In this document: piece after piece, positions 39,804 through 48,433 of the stretch
Numbering within the stretch: position 1 is the first letter of the stretch
Layout: each line of letters starts with the position of its first letter
Virus record (IMG/VR): IMGVR_UViG_3300024297_000001
Length of the DNA: 64,000 nucleotides
Reading direction: 5' to 3' (one strand)
DNA from: a virus
Taxonomy: Duplodnaviria; Caudoviricetes
The notes under the pieces: generated by a model
What the model was told of the DNA's origin: nothing
What the model saw: only the letters and a program-made list of their open reading frames with translations
Databases searched by the model: none
Program-made: the position numbers and the translations under genes

Positions 39804-41110
39804 GCAATCATTGCCACCCACGCCGCGCCTGTATAGAACACTGGGTAAGGTGTTGATCCACTGTAACTTGCTGGATCCCAATTAGTTTTGTTAGCAACTG
39901 CAATCATTCCAATAACTGGAGTAGCCGGAGCCGCCGTTTGTGGTTCCAATGTCATTACACCTTCAACGTCAAGTGTTGATCTTGCACTTGTTCTGTTAAC
40001 TGCAAGTTGACCTTTAGCGTCAAACAACATTGTTTTAGCAACAGGTGTTGTACCTGTGCCTGCGTTAGTTACAAATTCAATTTGACCTTTTGCAGTATCG
40101 TTTGCAATAGCCTCAGTTGGATCTGATCTAAATAAAATTAATGAAGAAAGAACTTTCTTTCCAGTACCGTTACCATCAAAGTCTGGATCAAATGCCAATG
40201 CACTTAATTCACCAATGTAATTACCTGATGTAATTTTAACTTCACTACCACTGCCGTCAAAGCCACCGTAGTAACCGTTAATTGAAAAACCTGAAATGTT
40301 TGCTGATGTGTTACCGTTTAATCCGTTAACTCTAATTGCTGTCGCTTCATCTCTGTTGTATGCTTCAAGTACTGTTGAAGTTGATTCAGTTTTGTTACTA
40401 ACTTCTACGTTACCTGTAGATGATGTAAGTGAGTCAGCAGTAATATCCATTACGCCATTGTAAAGTCTTACTGTACTTGATATACCATCAACAAGTAGTG
40501 TTGAGTCATCGCCAAATACTGAACCTTTTAGATCAGCATTTAAGTTTACGATAGATGCGTTAGCAAGATCTAAGTCACCTGGCTTCCACTGTGAATTTGT
40601 ATCATCCCATACCAAGTATTGTCCTGGTGTTGGTTCGTCTGCACCTGATGTACTAACATCACCTAAGCCGTCAATACTCTTACTTGCAAGTTGTGTATCA
40701 AAGTTAAAACTTGCGAAATCTTCGTCTGCTACTTCCCAGTTAGTTGTAGATGCATTGTATTTTAAAATTTTGTTATTAACAACACCTGTTACATCAACAT
40801 CTGTTAATGCACCAATAGTAGTTGTAAGGTTAAGTGTAGACGCTTCAAAACGTGCATTTGATGTATTCCAAGCAAGTACTTGTCCTGTTGCTGGTGCTAA
40901 TGAAGGATCAACGTCTGTTAGTTTAGCAATTGAAATTGGAGGATTAACTGCAATACCGCCGCTTGTTGCTCCGTCACCTATGTATAATGTGCCGTTTTCA
41001 CCGTTAATGTTTACTTTATCAGTTACCCAAATAGGTTCTGCAAGGGCAGGATTAGCGCCAGTCATTGCGCCACGTTCTGCTGTTGTACCTCGTCTAATCT
41101 TAAGTGCCAT
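39800..41110 (-). CDS. Fibre/decoration-type structural protein
   Basis: N-terminal ALKIRRGT...LYIGDG (Mtd_N-like); three repeats L.DV(D/S)...G(Q/K).L.(W/Y)(N/D); SD GGAG. Confidence 0.7.
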   Translation of the reverse strand: MALKIRRGTTAERGAMTGANPALAEPIWVTDKVNINGENGTLYIGDGATSGGIAVNPPISIAKLTDVDPSLAPATGQVLAWNTSNARFEASTLNLTTTIGALTDVDVTGVVNNKILKYNASTTNWEVADEDFASFNFDTQLASKSIDGLGDVSTSGADEPTPGQYLVWDDTNSQWKPGDLDLANASIVNLNADLKGSVFGDDSTLLVDGISSTVRLYNGVMDITADSLTSSTGNVEVSNKTESTSTVLEAYNRDEATAIRVNGLNGNTSANISGFSINGYYGGFDGSGSEVKITSGNYIGELSALAFDPDFDGNGTGKKVLSSLILFRSDPTEAIANDTAKGQIEFVTNAGTGTTPVAKTMLFDAKGQLAVNRTSARSTLDVEGVMTLEPQTAAPATPVIGMIAVANKTNWDPASYSGSTPYPVFYTGAAWVAMIA

Positions 41111-41124
41111 ACTTACCTACTCCA

Positions 41125-41182
41125 AATTTGTTTTGCTATATGTATTTATCCAATACCAATTGTTTTACTATAATGTATTTAT
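41125..41182 (-). promoter_or_regulatory. Tandem-duplicated late promoter unit
   Basis: ATAAATACATTATAGTAAAACAATT (41182-41158) and ATAAATACATATAGCAAAACAAATT (41149-41125). Confidence 0.65.
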
Positions 41183-41499
41183 TTCTTGAAACGTGCTTTT
41201 TTAAATAGGTTTTTGGTGCCTTTTTGTACGTCTTCTTTGATCTTCTTACTGTCCACTGCAAAGTCTACATTCTGTATTGTAGTGCCGTATTCATTGAATA
41301 GTTCGCGGATATCTTTCTCAAAACGCTTCTGAGACAGCGAAGGCGTACATTCTATGATCCACTTTTTCCTATTGGAAAACGTTACCTCTATATGCTGAAG
41401 GTATTCGAGTGGTATAGTTTTTACTTCTATGCCCTCGAATACTTCAGGCCAATGTCTAATAACGTCCGCAGGAAGTTTTAGTAGTTTCTTCCTCGGCAT
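41179..41499 (-). CDS. Hypothetical protein
   Basis: Likely start MPRKK at 41499, just after the stop of the upstream gene. Confidence 0.6.
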   Translation of the reverse strand: MPRKKLLKLPADVIRHWPEVFEGIEVKTIPLEYLQHIEVTFSNRKKWIIECTPSLSQKRFEKDIRELFNEYGTTIQNVDFAVDSKKIKEDVQKGTKNLFKKARFKK

Positions 41500-41506
41500 A
41501 GCGGTG

Positions 41507-42109
41507 CTACGCTTTTTTCTTTTTGGTCGGAACCAACGCCTCAGCATCACGCCTCAATTGAGCCGCTTCTTTGCTTAAACGATCTGCTTGAGATCTGTAA
41601 GATTTTGCTAAATCTTCATCACTCATTACACCATCACTTGATGCTGGTGTAGTAGGTTCATTGCTTGGTGCATACGCATCAGCACTTGCAGGTGTTTCAC
41701 TAACAGTTGCAACGTCCTGTGTATCGTCCTTAAGAGCCAAGTCAGCAATGCTAACACCTTTTTGCTCTGCAATAACCTTGTTTAATTCAGCAAGATTAAT
41801 AGTGTCAGTGTTTGTAGGCATCATGTCTACATCTGTTGTTGGTACTCTTTGCAATTTACCAGTAGAATGGAATCTTGCTAACATAACACTACCGTCTGAA
41901 AGACGTGTACGTGCCATTGCTTCAGCAAGTTCGCCAGCATCTTGTCCTGCTGGTGATTCTACTAATTGCATTAAGATATCGTGATCTGAATCTGTTAAGT
42001 TTTCAGTCGATACGATCAATGCATGTTCTGGATCATTAGGAAGGGTTCTGTATGCAACAGCCACCTTTCTTTTATTTGACTTTAATTTGCCAATATGTTT
42101 AATCGCCAT
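41507..42109 (-). CDS. Hypothetical protein with C-terminal coiled coil
   Basis: 200 aa; TAATG coupling. Confidence 0.7.
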   Translation of the reverse strand: MAIKHIGKLKSNKRKVAVAYRTLPNDPEHALIVSTENLTDSDHDILMQLVESPAGQDAGELAEAMARTRLSDGSVMLARFHSTGKLQRVPTTDVDMMPTNTDTINLAELNKVIAEQKGVSIADLALKDDTQDVATVSETPASADAYAPSNEPTTPASSDGVMSDEDLAKSYRSQADRLSKEAAQLRRDAEALVPTKKKKA

Positions 42110-42453
42110 TATTTCTTCTCCGTTGTTGGTGCAGTTGGTTCAGCACTCATTGCCGCCGCCGCGTCTGCTCCACTAATAGGTTGTGCCGTTGCTGGAACTC
42201 CCTCTGGTGTTGCTGGTGCGTTTTGGTCTTGCTGAGCCTTCTGTACCTGCTGAAGGAACATATCTAACTTGTTGTAAGTAGTTCCAACTGCTTGTAATTC
42301 ATTTGCTTTGAAGGCGCCACGTTGTGTAGCGATATCAATCACAGTTCTTAATGTATTTAGATCTTGAACTGTAAGATCTACCTGCCCACCTGCCGCTGGA
42401 GCATTTGCCGATGCTTCAGTAGGTGCCGCAGTCTTTTGGTTTGTATCAGACAT
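42109..42453 (-). CDS. Hypothetical protein (Ala/Pro/Thr-rich termini)
   Basis: SD AGGAGA; upstream TAAGTA boxes at 42486-42500. Confidence 0.7.
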   Translation of the reverse strand: MSDTNQKTAAPTEASANAPAAGGQVDLTVQDLNTLRTVIDIATQRGAFKANELQAVGTTYNKLDMFLQQVQKAQQDQNAPATPEGVPATAQPISGADAAAAMSAEPTAPTTEKK

Positions 42454-42496
42454 TGTCTTCTCCTTTGTTAACTTATTAATGTATATACTTAATTAC

Positions 42497-42772
42497 TTAT
42501 TTGTATTTTAAATGAGGACACGCCAAAGCGAAATATGAAAGTTCTTTTGGATCCTCAAATCCAATTCTGAGTTTACTTGCTACTTCATTAGAGTCTGTTA
42601 AGGTAACGTTTTTACCTACGTAAAAGCGACTCTTACAATTGGTAAGTATCCAATTACTGATTGCTTTTTCAATATTATAATTTGGTGAAATTTCCATGTA
42701 CTCTAAATGCGAGCCTGGATAATCTAACTTCCTTATGCCGAAAAAATTAAGCGGATTTGGTTTCATCTTCAT
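42497..42772 (-). CDS. Hypothetical protein
   Basis: Likely start MKMKPN, overlapping the end of the vWA gene. Confidence 0.55.
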   Translation of the reverse strand: MKMKPNPLNFFGIRKLDYPGSHLEYMEISPNYNIEKAISNWILTNCKSRFYVGKNVTLTDSNEVASKLRIGFEDPKELSYFALACPHLKYK

Positions 42773-44048
42773 AGTGGGTTGTAACTCCAAAAGGTGCTTG
42801 TAAATTTTTATCATGGTTACTATGGATTACAAATACAGTATCACAGTAATCTTCGTCACCCCATGTGTCCCAAGTATAACCATCAGTAAACATAATGAAC
42901 TTCTTAGGATTAATATCATTCGCTTTCATGTATTCCCAATTTGCCATAAAGTCAGTACCGCCACCGCCAGCAACTTCATACTCTAATAGGTTGTCATTAC
43001 TTGCGTCAAAATCTTGTTCATTGTAAACTTCTGTATCGAAACACCATAGTTTAATTTTATAATCTTGGTATTGTTCCATAATACCTTTGATCTCTGATAA
43101 AAATATCTGTGCTTGTTTATTACTAATACTACCTGACATATCAATAGCAATACACAAGTCAATAGTTTCATCATAGTTTAGTCCTGGAAGGATAGCACTT
43201 GTATGCCAAGCCTTACGTGAAGGACGAGTAAATGTATAATCATTTCTAATTGTACTTTGAATCTGTTGCTGAAGTAATTCTCTCCAGTTCATCTTAGGTT
43301 CAGTAAGTTCCTTAATCATACGTTCGATTTCTTTAGGCATATTACCTGCACCAGCCGCCTGTGCTGATTGTAACATACTGTCTTTGATCTCGTCACGTAT
43401 CTTTTTAAGTTCTTCTTTACTGTATGAAGGTTTGTCTCCTTTATCTTTACCACCTTTAGAAGGTGCTTTACCTTTTGGCTGATTCTCTTTATCCCAGTCA
43501 ATGTGTTCGTCAAGTAATTGACCAAGTTGTTCTAATTCTTCTTCATCATACTTTTGATAGATATCATCATATACAGCCTCTGACGTCCAACCATCATATT
43601 TAAAGTCTTGGAAAATTGGAATGTCTCTCGGCTTTTCACCAATGTTATCTCTAACAAGTGTATTGTTTACAATATAGTCTGCGGCAATGTTATGTATCTG
43701 TGGATCTCTATCTTCTCTACGTGTCATATGGTCAAATACACAATGCATAATTTCATGTGCAATAACAAATTCAACTTCTTTATTAGACATCTTAGCAAAG
43801 AATGGAACACTATAAAATAAGTGTCTGCCATCTGTTGCGGCAGTAGGACACCAATCACTTGCTTCTTTAATGATAAGTCTTGTAGCCATGTTACCAAAGA
43901 ACGGATGTCTTAGCAACAAACCAACACGAGCAACGATGATACGATCTTTTACTTCTGCACGAAGTTCGTCAGTTATCTCAGGCTGTTCATCAGCCTTCTT
44001 CTTAATCTCTTCCCATCTATCTAAAACTTCTTGATCTTGTGTTGCCAT
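42747..44048 (-). CDS. HExxH metallopeptidase-like + vWA domain protein (DUF2201-type)
   Basis: TAATDG, AHEIMH, NIAADY; MIDAS-like AIDMSGS, FDT, GGGGTDF, MFTDG. Confidence 0.85.
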   Translation of the reverse strand: MATQDQEVLDRWEEIKKKADEQPEITDELRAEVKDRIIVARVGLLLRHPFFGNMATRLIIKEASDWCPTAATDGRHLFYSVPFFAKMSNKEVEFVIAHEIMHCVFDHMTRREDRDPQIHNIAADYIVNNTLVRDNIGEKPRDIPIFQDFKYDGWTSEAVYDDIYQKYDEEELEQLGQLLDEHIDWDKENQPKGKAPSKGGKDKGDKPSYSKEELKKIRDEIKDSMLQSAQAAGAGNMPKEIERMIKELTEPKMNWRELLQQQIQSTIRNDYTFTRPSRKAWHTSAILPGLNYDETIDLCIAIDMSGSISNKQAQIFLSEIKGIMEQYQDYKIKLWCFDTEVYNEQDFDASNDNLLEYEVAGGGGTDFMANWEYMKANDINPKKFIMFTDGYTWDTWGDEDYCDTVFVIHSNHDKNLQAPFGVTTHYEDETKSA

Positions 44049-44076
44049 GTGCCTATTCCTTATTGTTTATAATATT

Positions 44077-44105
44077 ATTATAGTATATTTAATTGGATTT
44101 GTCAA
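44077..44105 (-). promoter_or_regulatory. sigma70-type early promoter
   Basis: TTGACA-17 nt-TATAAT, perfect consensus. Confidence 0.85.
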
Positions 44106-44107
44106 TC

Positions 44108-44144
44108 AAAAAAATGGGGTAGTATACCAAAATATACTACCCCA
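44108..44144 (-). terminator. Intrinsic terminator after the AAA ATPase
   Basis: 12-bp stem TGGGGTAGTATA/TATACTACCCCA, 6-nt loop, followed on the minus strand by ATTTTTTT. Confidence 0.85.
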
Positions 44145-44150
44145 AAGTTG

Positions 44151-45239
44151 TTACGAAGCCTGTGCGGCAGTTACGTACTTTCCAAACTTTTCATGGAACT
44201 CATCAAAACAGTCAACTTCATCTGGATCGATTGGAAGTTGGTATTGTGTAAGTGCCAATTTGATACCCATTACAACTAATTCAGTATCAAAGTTCTTCAT
44301 AGCAAACAATAAGAAGTTATTAACCATAGAGTCAAATTTCTTATCGCCTTTGTCGCTGGCTTCTTTTAGTTCATAGCAGAGCGAAACTGTTAAGGAATAC
44401 ATGGCACTGATTTCTTTAGTTTCTAACTCTGTTACCTTACCTTTCAAAATCTCCGATGGATTCGGAAGTTTTGAAGCCATCTTACGATGGGCCATGAACT
44501 TCACTGCAAGGCCTTCGCCTACAGAACCACTAACCAAATCGGTAGTGGTATTCTCGTCATCATCGTCTTCAAGTAACTCAGACACAAATGACCAAGAACG
44601 AGGTGTAGCAAATGAACGACTTGGTGACTTAGGATCAAAGTCATATAAGTCCTTCTTGCTAAAGGTCAAGTAACCCACAACGTCTGTGTGGATTTTATTC
44701 TCAGTTGCCCACTGAAACCAATCATCAAAGTCCACCTTAAGTTCTAAGTGAACAAATCTGTTTGCCAATGGTGCAGGCATTCTGTATGTAACACCCTTAT
44801 CAGCATCTCTGTTACCAGCCGCTACGATAAGAACGTTATCAGGTAGTACATAAGTACCAACCCTACGATTCAAAATTAACTGATAAGCCGCCGCTTGTAC
44901 AGCCGGAGCCGCCGAGTTCATCTCGTCCAAGAATAAAACAATGGTCTTATATTTCTTAGCCATTGCCGCATCTGGAAGTTCCATTGGCGGTGCCCATTTC
45001 ATTGTATTATCATTTGCGGCATAATACGGCATACCTTTAATGTCCGTAGGATCCCACAATGACAAACGAATGTCGATTAGTTTTGAATCTTCAAAAGTAT
45101 TAGTGATTTGACTTACAATGTCCGACTTACCAATACCTGGAGGTCCCCAAATAAAGATTGGACGTTGTTTCTTCATAGCCCTAAGGATACTTTTCTTAGC
45201 ATCATTTGGACCAATTGTTCTTGTTGCAATGTTTTCCAT
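44151..45239 (-). CDS. MoxR-like AAA+ ATPase
   Basis: Walker A GPPGIGKS, Walker B LFLDE, AAGN, PAPLANRF, TPRSW. Confidence 0.9.
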   Translation of the reverse strand: MENIATRTIGPNDAKKSILRAMKKQRPIFIWGPPGIGKSDIVSQITNTFEDSKLIDIRLSLWDPTDIKGMPYYAANDNTMKWAPPMELPDAAMAKKYKTIVLFLDEMNSAAPAVQAAAYQLILNRRVGTYVLPDNVLIVAAGNRDADKGVTYRMPAPLANRFVHLELKVDFDDWFQWATENKIHTDVVGYLTFSKKDLYDFDPKSPSRSFATPRSWSFVSELLEDDDDENTTTDLVSGSVGEGLAVKFMAHRKMASKLPNPSEILKGKVTELETKEISAMYSLTVSLCYELKEASDKGDKKFDSMVNNFLLFAMKNFDTELVVMGIKLALTQYQLPIDPDEVDCFDEFHEKFGKYVTAAQAS

Positions 45240-45295
45240 TTTGTACTCCTTATACGTTTACTTCAGTGCCATACTTAATTTCTAAGTATGTATAT

Positions 45296-45324
45296 ATAAT
45301 ACAGTCATTAGGAGCAAAGGTCAA
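45296..45324 (-). promoter_or_regulatory. sigma70-type early promoter with AT-rich UP region
   Basis: TTGACC-17 nt-TATTAT; 8-bp inverted repeat CATACTTA/TAAGTATG at 45270-45290 at the predicted start site. Confidence 0.7.
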
Positions 45325-45361
45325 CCATTATTTGCACTTTTTTTAAATTATTTTTGGATAA

Positions 45362-45379
45362 GGCTTACCAAAATAAGCC
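45362..45379 (-). terminator. Hairpin (possible weak terminator) after the 45387 gene
   Basis: GGCTTA-ttttgg-TAAGCC, the same loop as the 44116 terminator; U-tract weak. Confidence 0.4.
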
Positions 45380-45386
45380 AGTAAAA

Positions 45387-45782
45387 TCAAGAGGTTAGTT
45401 CTTCGTCGGCTCTTTTCAATGCTTTTGTAAGGCCATATTTCTTAACATCTCCACTAAAAAGATGTAATTCGAGTGCTTTCTTTTCGTCAAATACAGTGAT
45501 TCCTCTGTTAGTTAGATAGTATGGACACGTAATAAAACGGTCTAACCAAATTACTGTATTAGTTGTAAGTTGAAAGTCTTCTGGGAAAGGAACATCATAT
45601 GATACTAAATCTAATTTTTCTGTGAGAAATAGCATACCAGCATCAGTTAATCTTAAGCCACCTTCGTCTTTGGCTCTTGTGTTTTGCCACCATGCAGGCA
45701 AATACTGCTTCATGGTTGCTTCGTTAATGCTAATGTCTGCTTGTTTTAAGAAGACCTTTGTATAGGTTTCTTTCCAATTCAT
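45387..45782 (-). CDS. Hypothetical protein
   Basis: 131 aa, coupled to the nuclease gene. Confidence 0.7.
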   Translation of the reverse strand: MNWKETYTKVFLKQADISINEATMKQYLPAWWQNTRAKDEGGLRLTDAGMLFLTEKLDLVSYDVPFPEDFQLTTNTVIWLDRFITCPYYLTNRGITVFDEKKALELHLFSGDVKKYGLTKALKRADEELTS

Positions 45783-46235
45783 TTACTTCTTCTTTGGCTT
45801 GGGTGGTGTAACTATACCTTCACGGATTAATTTTTCTCTGTTTGCCATGTGTTTCATTTGAACTTCTTCTTTCGATCCGCCGAAGTATGCTACAGCATAT
45901 CCCTCTTCAATAAGTATGTCAGTGCATCTTTTGTCGTCTTTGGTGATAAAGTCTCCAAGGATTCTTCCGAACTTTCCTTTTTTATCTTCACCGCTTCTGT
46001 CGATTTCTGTTTTAAGGATTTGTATGGATCCGATTGGTAACAGGTCTTTAAGTTTGGCTTTCGATGCGAGTCCAAATGCTTTCTCCACTTTATCACGTGT
46101 TCTTGATTCAGGAGTGTCTATACCCATCATTCGAACACGTTCTTTGTGCATCCACATGCCAAAGCCAAGATCGATATCTACGTCAACGGTATCACCGTCT
46201 ACTACTCTTAAAATTTTACATTTATATTCATACAT
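45783..46235 (-). CDS. Thermonuclease (SNase-like)
   Basis: RVVDGDTV, RVRMMGIDTPE, KFGRILG. Confidence 0.85.
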   Translation of the reverse strand: MYEYKCKILRVVDGDTVDVDIDLGFGMWMHKERVRMMGIDTPESRTRDKVEKAFGLASKAKLKDLLPIGSIQILKTEIDRSGEDKKGKFGRILGDFITKDDKRCTDILIEEGYAVAYFGGSKEEVQMKHMANREKLIREGIVTPPKPKKK

Positions 46236-46529
46236 TTATTTGCCCTCTGTAATTACTGTTCCATCTTTAAGTTCTACAACAGTAAACTCGCTACAGTTAA
46301 ACAAGTCGTTTAACTTCTTAGCAAGGTTGTGTGCATGTCCTGGATTACTAAAAGAAACTTTCTTGTACTTAGGTCCTGGAAAACTTGATAATGAATTTTG
46401 TGTTTTTAGATTGAAAGGTTTTCCCTGATAGAAAACTGCCCAAATCGCATCGGCCGCGAGTATCTGATCTGACTTGTAAGTCTTCTTATCAATGTACTCC
46501 AACAGTATTGTTGGTTTAGGTCTACTCAT
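46236..46529 (-). CDS. Hypothetical protein
   Basis: SD AGAGGA; late box ATAAATA at 46568-46562. Confidence 0.7.
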   Translation of the reverse strand: MSRPKPTILLEYIDKKTYKSDQILAADAIWAVFYQGKPFNLKTQNSLSSFPGPKYKKVSFSNPGHAHNLAKKLNDLFNCSEFTVVELKDGTVITEGK

Positions 46530-46569
46530 ATACGTTGTTCCTCTTTTATAAACTACGTATATATTTATC

Positions 46570-47184
46570 CTAATTCTCAGTAATTGTTATGTTGAATGCT
46601 GTCGTTATTCTCGGTACATCAGATTTTTGTACAGGAATACTATGATTTAAATAGGGTGGAAAGAATATCATATCGCCTTCTAAGGCGTCTGCATTAACGA
46701 CTTCTTTTGGCCACATTGTAGGTAAGTTATTTGTAATAGGCGTAGGAGCACTACTACGTATGCCATCGCTTGATGGATTATAAAATATTGTAGGAGTATG
46801 ATGTTCAGGATCGTACTTTACATAATGTACTGCACTAATTTGTATTGTTCTTGGACTTGATAAGTGATTGTGTGTTTCTCCCCAACCGCCTTTTCCTGTT
46901 ACGTTATACCAAGCATCAATACCAACCTTCCAGTTGTGCGAATCTTTATATCCGTATTCGTTTAGAAACTCTTGTATCGTTGATTGATACTTTGGAAGAA
47001 TGTCTTCCCAGTCTACTGGCCGAGCGCCTGAAAAATAATCACTGTATACATTGCAGAAATCGCAATTAGGACCTTTAACATTATATTCACTTTCTATGTT
47101 TGAGACGAAGAAACTTTTTAGTTCTTCTTGTTGCTTAACTTTTACCTTGTATATATCTGTTGAAAACAAAGTTTGTTTTATCAT
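46570..47184 (-). CDS. 2OG-Fe(II) oxygenase-like protein
   Basis: ETHNH, ISAVHYV, GDMIFFPPYLNHSI, RITTAFN. Confidence 0.7.
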   Translation of the reverse strand: MIKQTLFSTDIYKVKVKQQEELKSFFVSNIESEYNVKGPNCDFCNVYSDYFSGARPVDWEDILPKYQSTIQEFLNEYGYKDSHNWKVGIDAWYNVTGKGGWGETHNHLSSPRTIQISAVHYVKYDPEHHTPTIFYNPSSDGIRSSAPTPITNNLPTMWPKEVVNADALEGDMIFFPPYLNHSIPVQKSDVPRITTAFNITITEN

Positions 47185-47429
47185 TACTCTTTGAATCCAC
47201 CACCGTCCATCTCTACGTTAATAACTTCTGATTCTTTTTCTATTGCTTTGGTAGAAATAAATTCTTCTATGTTACCAAGTAGACGGGCATTGATTTGCCC
47301 TAATGTAAATGCAAGTAATTTAGCATCGTCGAGTGTTAGTCTTACATCATGTGCATTGCTTGACTCGGCGGCCTTTACTTGCGAAAAGAACTTTTCTAAA
47401 GGAACTGTATTAATTGGCTCTTTTTGCAT
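47184..47429 (-). CDS. Hypothetical protein
   Basis: Likely start MQKEPIN; TAATG coupling downstream. Confidence 0.55.
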   Translation of the reverse strand: MQKEPINTVPLEKFFSQVKAAESSNAHDVRLTLDDAKLLAFTLGQINARLLGNIEEFISTKAIEKESEVINVEMDGGGFKE

Positions 47430-47901
47430 CTGCATTTGCCTTTGATAGTTCCGAACGCATTTCGAGTTCTGTTTTGAAAGGTCCTTTTGAAACATAATTT
47501 TCACAAGTTACCATCTTAGGACAAAAACTTCTTACCCAGCCTTTGTCAAATTTAATAATGTAGTAACCTGCACAATATAAACTTTTAGATTTTTTACTCT
47601 TTGTAAACAAAGGTAACTTCTTTTTTACATCATACATACTATTGTGTGGTACACATGAAGTTGGAAATCCATGTACTTCTTTATCTGCAACCTTATCTTT
47701 GTTTGCATCAGAAATAGTTGTTTCCCATTCGATAGCAATCTCTTTACTTAACTGCTTTTCGCTTTCATAAAATTTTGTATGTGTATTGCAACAGTACATA
47801 TAAGTTTTATCTTCTTGTTTAGAAAGAGTACCGATACGTTCACCGTCCTCTTCAACAATCCAAAACTTGCCTGCTACAATAGATTTTCCTTTAATAGTCA
47901 T
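47410..47901 (-). CDS. Hypothetical protein
   Basis: SD AGGAGG; 163 aa. Confidence 0.7.
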   Translation of the reverse strand: MTIKGKSIVAGKFWIVEEDGERIGTLSKQEDKTYMYCCNTHTKFYESEKQLSKEIAIEWETTISDANKDKVADKEVHGFPTSCVPHNSMYDVKKKLPLFTKSKKSKSLYCAGYYIIKFDKGWVRSFCPKMVTCENYVSKGPFKTELEMRSELSKANADAKRAN

Positions 47902-48433
47902 TTATTCCTCCTAATACTTCAGTTGTTATGACAGTTACATCTAAACTTTTGTTTGACGCCACGGCCGCATATAATCTTGTTCTGCCATCGATAACAAATC
48001 GACCGCTGTCTAATTCTATAATCAAAGGTGGGCGACATGACCCGGCTTCTACTGCTTCAATAATAGGCTCTAAAGGAAACTCTCTTTCTCTACTATCACG
48101 TTTATCACGTGCAGTTAGTTCCTTAATGTACACTTCTCTATACCCTTCTTTACCACTTATATCCTGTAATGCTTTAAGCATATAAGGGTCTTGAGGCATA
48201 TTGTCTAAGTTATTTAACTTCGTTATTTCGCTAACTGACATATTTTGGACAGGTAAATCGTCTAAAATAGTACCTAATTTCTTGGCTACGTTCTCCCTTA
48301 ATACAACCATTCTACGTGTTTCTACACCGCCATTTAAGAACGGAAATTTAGTAGTAACGGCTTTTTGTACATCAGGATCTAATGAGCAAAGTAGTTCATA
48401 TGCGTCAGCATAATTTTCGTCCATTAGTTGCAT
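47891..48433 (-). CDS. ParB/Sulfiredoxin-like domain protein
   Basis: PPLII...VIDGRTRLYAA...V.V motif. Confidence 0.55.
   Translation of the reverse strand: MQLMDENYADAYELLCSLDPDVQKAVTTKFPFLNGGVETRRMVVLRENVAKKLGTILDDLPVQNMSVSEITKLNNLDNMPQDPYMLKALQDISGKEGYREVYIKELTARDKRDSREREFPLEPIIEAVEAGSCRPPLIIELDSGRFVIDGRTRLYAAVASNKSLDVTVITTEVLGGINDY

Noticed and set aside
39800-41110. Diversity-generating retroelement suggested by the Mtd_N-like N-terminus
   Set aside because: No reverse transcriptase and no template/variable repeat pair seen in the window; this N-terminal motif is common in ordinary fibres
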